From an uncultured Candidatus Rokubacteria bacterium (GTDB lineage Bacteria > Methylomirabilota > Methylomirabilia > Rokubacteriales > DASRDR01): DNA of 64,000 nt. The notes below the pieces were generated by a model. It saw nothing but the letters and a program-made list of their open reading frames with translations, searched no databases and was not told where the DNA came from. This document shows positions 59,615-64,000 of this stretch, piece after piece. The stretch is taken from the NCBI GenBank assembly GCA_963805625.1, contig CAWDVE010000024.1, positions 1 through 64,000 of the forward strand, given 5' to 3'. Position numbers and translations under genes: made by a program. Each line of letters starts with the position of its first letter. The first letter of the stretch is position 1.

Positions 59615-60859
59615 ATGGCGCCCTCGCAAACCGACGTCTGCGTGGTGGGTGGCGGCCCCGCCGGACTGCTCCTCGGCTTGCTCCTGGCCAAGCGCGGGGC
59701 CAATGTGATCGTGCTCGAGGGGCACGAGACCTTCGACCGCGAGTTCCGCGGCGAGGTCCTGCAGCCAAGCACGGCGCGCCTCCTCGACGAGATCGGGCTC
59801 CTCGAGTACATCCTCGCCCAGCCACACCTGACCTTGACCACGGGCCGGCTCCTCGTCAACGGGCGCCCGGCGGGCGGGTTCGACTTTCGCCACATTGCGC
59901 CCGAGTACCCCTGTGCCATCTGGATGCCGCAGCCGGTCTTCCTCGAGGCGCTCGCGCGGAAGGCCGGCGAATTCCCGGAATTTCAGTGCTGGATGGGCGC
60001 CCGCGTCACCGAGGTGGTAGAGGAACATGGCCCCGTGGTCGGCGTCCGGGGCCGGCGACACGGCGCGGAGTCGTTCGAGATCCGGGCCGACGTGGTGATA
60101 GGCGCCGATGGCCGCCACTCCACGATCAGACGGCTGGGCGGTTTCGTCACCGAGTACGAGCACGACGACTTCGACGTGATCTGGTTCGCCGTCGAGCCCC
60201 CGCCGGACTGGCCCAAGACGATCTACTTCTCGGTGGGCAAGGTGCCGCTGCTGATGCTGCCGAAGTACCCGAACCAGATCCAGGTCGGTCTCCTGCTCAC
60301 GAAGGACGAGTGGCGGCGCTGGCGGCAGGAGGGCGTTGCGGCGGTGGCCGCGCGCATCCGGCGGCTCGACCCGTTGTTTGCCACCTTCGCGGCCGGGCTC
60401 CGCGACTTCACGCCTTTCTTTCCGCTGCCGGCCCTGATCCTGCTCGTCCGCGACTGGGCGCGGGATGGGCTCCTGCTGATCGGCGATGCCGCCCACACGA
60501 TGAGCCCGGCAGGGGCGATCGGGGTGAACGTTGCCCTGGCGACGGCCGCGGTCGCCGCTCAGGAGGTCTACCCGAGGCTGGGCAAGGGGCCGATTCCCCG
60601 GAGCGCGTTGACCCGGGTCCAGGAGCTACGCGAGCAGGACGTGAGGACGCTCCACGCGCTCCAGCGTCGGGCGGGCCGGGCGCTGCTGGGATCGGGCAGC
60701 GGGAATCCGCTGCTGCGCTGGCTCGTGCAGAGGGCGCTGCCGCTGGCCGTCCGCTCGGGGCTGTTCCCGCGGCTGCAACGGCGTCTGTTCTTCGGCGCTC
60801 CCCTGCCGCCGCTCGACCCCGCGTTCAGCTTTCGCGCCGGCCCACCCTCCGTCGGCTAA
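59615..60859 (+). CDS. FAD-dependent monooxygenase/oxidoreductase (UbiH-like)
   Basis: VVGGGPAG, REFRGE, GADGRHS, IGDAAHTMSP. Confidence 0.88.
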   Translation: MAPSQTDVCVVGGGPAGLLLGLLLAKRGANVIVLEGHETFDREFRGEVLQPSTARLLDEIGLLEYILAQPHLTLTTGRLLVNGRPAGGFDFRHIAPEYPCAIWMPQPVFLEALARKAGEFPEFQCWMGARVTEVVEEHGPVVGVRGRRHGAESFEIRADVVIGADGRHSTIRRLGGFVTEYEHDDFDVIWFAVEPPPDWPKTIYFSVGKVPLLMLPKYPNQIQVGLLLTKDEWRRWRQEGVAAVAARIRRLDPLFATFAAGLRDFTPFFPLPALILLVRDWARDGLLLIGDAAHTMSPAGAIGVNVALATAAVAAQEVYPRLGKGPIPRSALTRVQELREQDVRTLHALQRRAGRALLGSGSGNPLLRWLVQRALPLAVRSGLFPRLQRRLFFGAPLPPLDPAFSFRAGPPSVG

Positions 60860-61032
60860 CCGCCCTTCCTCGAGTCGCCTGGCAATCGTGGTATGGTGCC
60901 CTTGCCTTCCACCGGGTTCCTGGTTGACGCGCCGGGCGTCGTGCCCCCTGGCATCTGGCTCAGGATCTCGTTTCCGACCGCGTGATGCCGCGCGACCTCG
61001 TGCGTGCCCGCGCCGAACGGAGTCCTGCCAAG

Positions 61033-61293
61033 ATGGACGAAGCCGTCCTCTGTCAGCGTGCCCGCAATGCCATCCGGGAGGGGAGGCTTCCCACGCGCAC
61101 TCCCGATCGCACGTGGGGAGGACCCGGCATCGGGGCGCCGTGTGCGGTCTGTGACCTTCCGGTTCCGCGCGACGGCATGCAGTTCGAGATGCAGTTTGCC
61201 ATCCACGAAAACGCCCCGCATTTCGATGTCTATCACGTTCACACGGGCTGCTACGCCGCCTGGGAGCTGGAGCGAACGCGGCCCGCGAGCTAG
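61033..61293 (+). CDS. Small hypothetical protein with CxxC...HxxC putative Zn ligands
   Basis: WGGPGIGAPCAVC...HTGCYAAWE. Confidence 0.65.
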   Translation: MDEAVLCQRARNAIREGRLPTRTPDRTWGGPGIGAPCAVCDLPVPRDGMQFEMQFAIHENAPHFDVYHVHTGCYAAWELERTRPAS

Positions 61294-61395
61294 TGCTACC
61301 GCAACGATATTGAGTACTTCCCACCTCGTCCCCGGTGGCGGGACTCACGATTCAGGCCGTCGCTCCCCCGCCGGTGCCGGCCCCTCCGGGGCCTC

Positions 61396-61437
61396 TTGAC
61401 GTGCCTAGTACTACTGTACTATTATACTCATACAGTA
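61396..61437 (+). promoter_or_regulatory. sigma70 promoter overlapped by a YtrA/GntR-type operator
   Basis: TTGACG (61396-61401), 18-nt spacer, TATTAT; inverted repeat TACTGTA-N12-TACAGTA (61412-61437) in an AT-rich island. Confidence 0.7.
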
Positions 61438-62549
61438 TGAAGATCCCCCTGCGCCTCCAAGTCGACACCCACAGCCCGATCCCGATCCGCTGGCAGCTGA
61501 CGGAGCAGCTGAAGCACGTGATCGAGGGGGGCGGCGTTCCGCGGGAGCAGTCGTTGCCAAGCATCCGTGAGCTGGCGGGCTTCCTCGGCATCAATCCGAA
61601 CACCGTGGCGCGCGCTATCGAGGATCTCAAGCGGAGCGGGCACGTGGAGGCGCGGCGGGGCAAGGGCGTGTTCGTGGCCCCGGCTCTGGCCGCCCGCCCG
61701 TTTCCGACTCGCCGCGAGGACTTCCTGAGGGACGCGGTGATCCGCGCGGCGGCGCTCGAGATGACCCCCGACGAGGTGGCGGTGGGCATCCTGAGCGTGG
61801 CCGGCGTCGGGTTGGCCGCCCTCCGGGACGCCGTCGCGGTGCTCCTGGTCGAGTGCAGTCCGTCGGAGCTGGATTTCTTCGGGCGGGAGCTTGAGGCCCA
61901 GCTCCCCGTCCGGGTCGACAAGGTGCTCCTCGCCGGGCTGGCGGGAGTTGTGCGGCGCCGGAGGCCAACAGATCGCTGGGCAGCCGCGGTCACCAGCTTC
62001 GGGCATCTCCCGGAGGTGGAGCGCCGGCTGAGCGGCCTGGGGGTCCCGGTGGTCGCGCTCCTCGCCGAGGTGCACCTGGAGACGCTCCATCGTCTGGCCC
62101 AGCTCCCGGCAGGGACGCGAGTGGGCGTGGTCTCCGCGGAGCGCGAGACTGCCCACAACCTGGAACACTCAATCGCCAACGCGGCCCTGCCGAACATCGC
62201 GCGGGTCGAGGCCAGCCCGGCCGAGGGCCCGGCACTGAGTCGGTTGGCGCGGCAGGTGGACGCCATCGTCTGCTCCACCTCGGCCGCCGCGCGGGTGAGA
62301 AGCCTCGTGGGTCCGACGGTGCCGGTGATCGTCGACGATCGGGCCCTCAACCAGCGGGGCATCCAGATGCTCGGGGCCATCCTAGCGCAGCACGACGGCG
62401 ACCGCCCGACCGCGACGCTGCCCCTCACGCGGAAACCGCTCGGTGCTGGTGCAGTCCGGGGCGTCCCCCGCCAGGGGGCAGCCCGAGGGGAAGACGGGAA
62501 CGGGGTAGTCAGGCGGCGGAGCCAAGATCCGATGAAGGGGGAAGAGTGA
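61437..62549 (+). CDS. GntR family (YtrA-like wHTH) regulator with a long C-terminal domain
   Basis: PIRWQL, LPSIRELA..LGINPNTVARA, RGKGVFV. Confidence 0.88.
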   Translation: MKIPLRLQVDTHSPIPIRWQLTEQLKHVIEGGGVPREQSLPSIRELAGFLGINPNTVARAIEDLKRSGHVEARRGKGVFVAPALAARPFPTRREDFLRDAVIRAAALEMTPDEVAVGILSVAGVGLAALRDAVAVLLVECSPSELDFFGRELEAQLPVRVDKVLLAGLAGVVRRRRPTDRWAAAVTSFGHLPEVERRLSGLGVPVVALLAEVHLETLHRLAQLPAGTRVGVVSAERETAHNLEHSIANAALPNIARVEASPAEGPALSRLARQVDAIVCSTSAAARVRSLVGPTVPVIVDDRALNQRGIQMLGAILAQHDGDRPTATLPLTRKPLGAGAVRGVPRQGAARGEDGNGVVRRRSQDPMKGEE

Positions 62550-62800
62550 TGAGTTTCGTCATGTGGGTGCTCGTGGCGGTATTGGCCGGCTTGCTCGCTG
62601 GGTTCGTCATGAAGCGAGGAAGCTACGGCCGGGGGTGGGATATCGCGCTCGGACTCACGGGAAGCATTGTCGTGAGTTGGTTCTTCCAGAGCCAGTGGGC
62701 CGCTCCCGATCCCAGTCTGGTCGCGGTGATCTTCGTCGCGGCCATCGGCGCAGCGGGTTTGATCGTCGCCCAGCGCGCGATCTTTCCGTCGCATGTCTAG
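62549..62800 (+). CDS. GlsB/YeaQ/YmgE (transglycosylase-associated) membrane protein
   Basis: AGLLAGFVMK..YG...DIALGLTGSIV...AAIGA. Confidence 0.75.
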   Translation: MSFVMWVLVAVLAGLLAGFVMKRGSYGRGWDIALGLTGSIVVSWFFQSQWAAPDPSLVAVIFVAAIGAAGLIVAQRAIFPSHV

Positions 62801-62880
62801 GGCCCGAAACGTGGATGGATCCATCCCGGCGCGTCGCGCCGGAGTCCGACAAACGTCGCGAACATAGGGGGAACCAACAC

Positions 62881-63273
62881 ATGGAAGCGAACAGAGGCAA
62901 GCTGAGCATGGGACAGCGGTGGAGTGAGGCGCGACCGACGAAGACCCTGCTCTTCTGGTCTTGCGTGGCCTCGATGGTGCTGACGATGATCGTCGGCTTC
63001 AGCTGGGGCGGATGGGTTACGGGCGGCACGGCCCGCCAGACGGCGGAGACCACGGCCTCCGACGCGATCGTCCTCCGCCTGGCCCCGATCTGCGTCGTCC
63101 AGTCCGCTCGGGACTTGGGAAAGGGTCCGAAGCTCGTGGCCATGAAGGACGAAAGCAGCTGGCAGCGCGGCGAGTATGTCGGCAAGCAGGGATGGGCGAC
63201 GATGCCGGGTGAGCAGGAGCCCGATCGCCGTGTGGCCGAGGCCTGCGCGACGCTACTGATGCCGACGAGCTAG
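62881..63273 (+). CDS. Conserved hypothetical membrane-anchored protein
   Basis: IVGFSWGGWVTGGTA, LAPICV, GWATMPG, VAEAC. Confidence 0.7.
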   Translation: MEANRGKLSMGQRWSEARPTKTLLFWSCVASMVLTMIVGFSWGGWVTGGTARQTAETTASDAIVLRLAPICVVQSARDLGKGPKLVAMKDESSWQRGEYVGKQGWATMPGEQEPDRRVAEACATLLMPTS

Positions 63274-63419
63274 GGGTCCGTGAGTGGCGCACCCGGAGAT
63301 GGCTCCCCCCGGGCCATCTCCGCTCTCACGCGCGGGTCTCGTGGGTGGCCCGATGCGTCCGTGGCGGCCAGCGCGCTGGCGACGGAAGGTCCAGATCTTC
63401 ACCCACAGCCGGGAGCACC

Positions 63420-63743
63420 ATGCGAGAGATGACGAGTTTTAGGACGCTTCGCGAACAGAGTCGGATCACATGGATTGAGCGGGACCGCGGCTGGGTCGCG
63501 GCGCCGGAGGACATCGTGACCGTCCTCTCGAGCGAGGGCTTCGCGGAGTGCAAGCGTGAGACGACGACGAGCCGGCGTGATAGCCACCCGGCCGGCGGCG
63601 TCTGGCAAGGCGTGGACCCTCGAACGGGATCCGTCGCGTCCGCGGTCTGGGTGAATCACGCGGCGTGGCCGCACGCGCTCGTGTACATCGAGGTCGACGG
63701 GGAGTCACTGACGGGTGCCGTGGGTACGCGCGTCGAGTCCTGA
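63420..63743 (+). CDS. Hypothetical protein
   Basis: GGAG RBS and coding-like composition. Confidence 0.55.
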   Translation: MREMTSFRTLREQSRITWIERDRGWVAAPEDIVTVLSSEGFAECKRETTTSRRDSHPAGGVWQGVDPRTGSVASAVWVNHAAWPHALVYIEVDGESLTGAVGTRVES

Positions 63744-64000
63744 GACCCACTCGGCAAGGGGCCGGGTCCAACCGGACGCGCAACCCAAGGGGCGCGACGC
63801 GCCCAGGAGCCATGCGGCGATGGAAACGCGATCGCGATGCGGAGCGGACAACTGGTCCCGGAGTCTGGCCCGGGGCCGTGGCGGTGAGTCCGCTCTGGCC
63901 ATGAGCGGGAATGTGAGCGCCGAGGCGCCCGCTCATCGACCCGAGCACCAGAGCAGTGAGTCGGACCGTGGTGGCCCCGGACTTGAGCCGGATCCGTATC

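Overview
High-GC (roughly 70% by eye) bacterial chromosomal window. The gene families are suggestive of Ca. Rokubacteria/Methylomirabilota, but this is inference. The housekeeping core is the mreB-mreC-mreD-mrdA-rodA-rng operon (7.9-15.0 kb). Around it lie tandem KimA-like K+ transporters, alkA, MFS pumps, assorted enzymes, a lower-GC type IV minor-pilin cassette (24.6-27.9 kb), two multiheme cytochromes, an orphan Hcp-like protein with a signal peptide, and a one-polypeptide partner-switching module (Cache-HAMP-PP2C-anti-sigma kinase-STAS). There are also many broken genes and a ~1.2 kb insertion with an integron-integrase remnant. The standout is an unannotated ~345-nt intergenic element (about 6695-7041) with its own putative sigma70 promoter and a U-rich end. 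It is heavily base-paired and carries a 21-nt complement of the conserved 16S rRNA 3' end (20 Watson-Crick pairs plus one G-U). This sits directly before a 14-codon ORF, and the whole unit is folded into a self-sequestering hairpin with a possible pseudoknot. It is a candidate ribosome-binding structured RNA/micropeptide system. No tRNA, rRNA gene or CRISPR array was seen. All product calls come from motif recognition by eye; no database was searched.
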